From contig JAPOYD010000139.1 of assembly GCA_026706735.1 (NCBI GenBank), positions 16,956-80,955 on the forward strand: a stretch of DNA of 64,000 nt, read 5' to 3'. This document shows, piece by piece, positions 63,461 to 64,000 of the stretch (position 1 is the first letter of the stretch; the number at the start of each line of letters is the position of its first letter). Source of the stretch: Nitrospinota bacterium (lineage in GTDB: Bacteria > UBA8248). Below the pieces are notes generated by a model. That model saw nothing but the letters and a program-made list of their open reading frames with translations, was not told the origin of the DNA and made no database searches. A program made the translations under genes and the position numbers.

Positions 63461-64000
63461 ATGAGCGTTACCGAACGGATGGCGGAATTCATCGTCGAGA
63501 CGAGTTGGGCGGATTTTCCCGAGCTCGTGATAGAGCGCGCGAAAAAGGCGGCCCTCGACACCGTGGGCGTGACGCTCGCGGGTATCAATGAGCCCGTCGG
63601 ACAGATTGTGGCGGACTTCGCTCGCAAAATGGGCGGCGCGCCCGAGGCGAGCATCATCGGCCTGGGCGCCCGCGCCGCAGCACCAATGGCCGCCCTCGTC
63701 AACGGGGCGATGGGCCACGCGCTCGATTTCGACGATTCGAGCTATCTACTGAACGGCCACCCGAGCGTGGTCGTCCTGCCCGCCGTCCTGGCGCAAGGGG
63801 AGGCGCAAGGGGCGTCAGGCCGTGAGGTGCTGGAGGCCTTCATCATCGGCTATGAAGTTGCGACCAAGCTGGGCCAGGGGATGAATCCCGAACACTACGG
63901 TGCGGGCTGGCATTCCACCTGCACGCTCGGCACGATGGGCGCGGCGGCGGCGGCCGCCCACCTGCGCGGTTTCGACGCCGAGACGACGCGCCACGCGCTC
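63461..64000 (+). CDS. MmgE/PrpD family protein (2-methylcitrate dehydratase family), 3' end outside window
   Basis: N-terminal MmgE/PrpD blocks (FIVETSWADFPE, DTVGVTLAG). Confidence 0.75.
   Translation, partial: MSVTERMAEFIVETSWADFPELVIERAKKAALDTVGVTLAGINEPVGQIVADFARKMGGAPEASIIGLGARAAAPMAALVNGAMGHALDFDDSSYLLNGHPSVVVLPAVLAQGEAQGASGREVLEAFIIGYEVATKLGQGMNPEHYGAGWHSTCTLGTMGAAAAAAHLRGFDAETTRHAL

Overview
This is a high-GC bacterial chromosomal segment. The two in-frame UGA genes, the multihaem cytochrome and the Bug/TTT transporters fit a selenium-using, Desulfobacterota-like organism. The gene density and convergent layout are typical of an accessory or catabolic region. Core genes present are the 3' part of a xanthine-dehydrogenase-family Mo subunit, a 5-haem cytochrome c, serS followed by tRNA-Ser(TGA) and an S8 subtilase lipoprotein. 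A second tRNA-Ser(GCT) is followed by an AT-rich degraded integrative remnant. Downstream of it, ~90-bp imperfect direct repeats bracket a DAK2-DegV fusion gene.

The rest of the window is dominated by three separate TctABC (Bug-family) tripartite transporter loci. Each sits next to a hydrolase-type gene set: amidohydrolase and MetE-like; M20 peptidases, RidA and an AtuA-like/DUF4387 pair; MBL-fold hydrolase. There are also a sugar-type ABC transporter, a NitT/TauT-type ABC transporter and an Fe3+/polyamine-type ABC transporter, pfkA, an amidase, an alpha/beta hydrolase with a truncated duplicate, a large hybrid GAF-PAS histidine kinase fused to REC and an OmpR-type DNA-binding output, and an MmgE/PrpD start at the window edge.

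Most notable are two genes interrupted by in-frame TGA codons that look like selenocysteine codons. One is a candidate undescribed UxxC selenoprotein: a UGSC-like redox domain fused to an uncharacterised ~420-aa domain, with an intact paralog encoded immediately downstream. A SECIS-like hairpin starts 11 nt after its UGA, and the gene heads a 9.5-kb same-strand operon that also carries an FAD oxidoreductase and an ABC importer. The other is an AhpD/carboxymuconolactone-decarboxylase-like selenoprotein with its UGA in the peroxidase motif. The intergenic spacers carry a family of modular palindromic repeats (a 115-bp G/C-tract palindrome, a TIR-flanked 130-bp MITE-like element and shared hairpin modules) that appear in several places.
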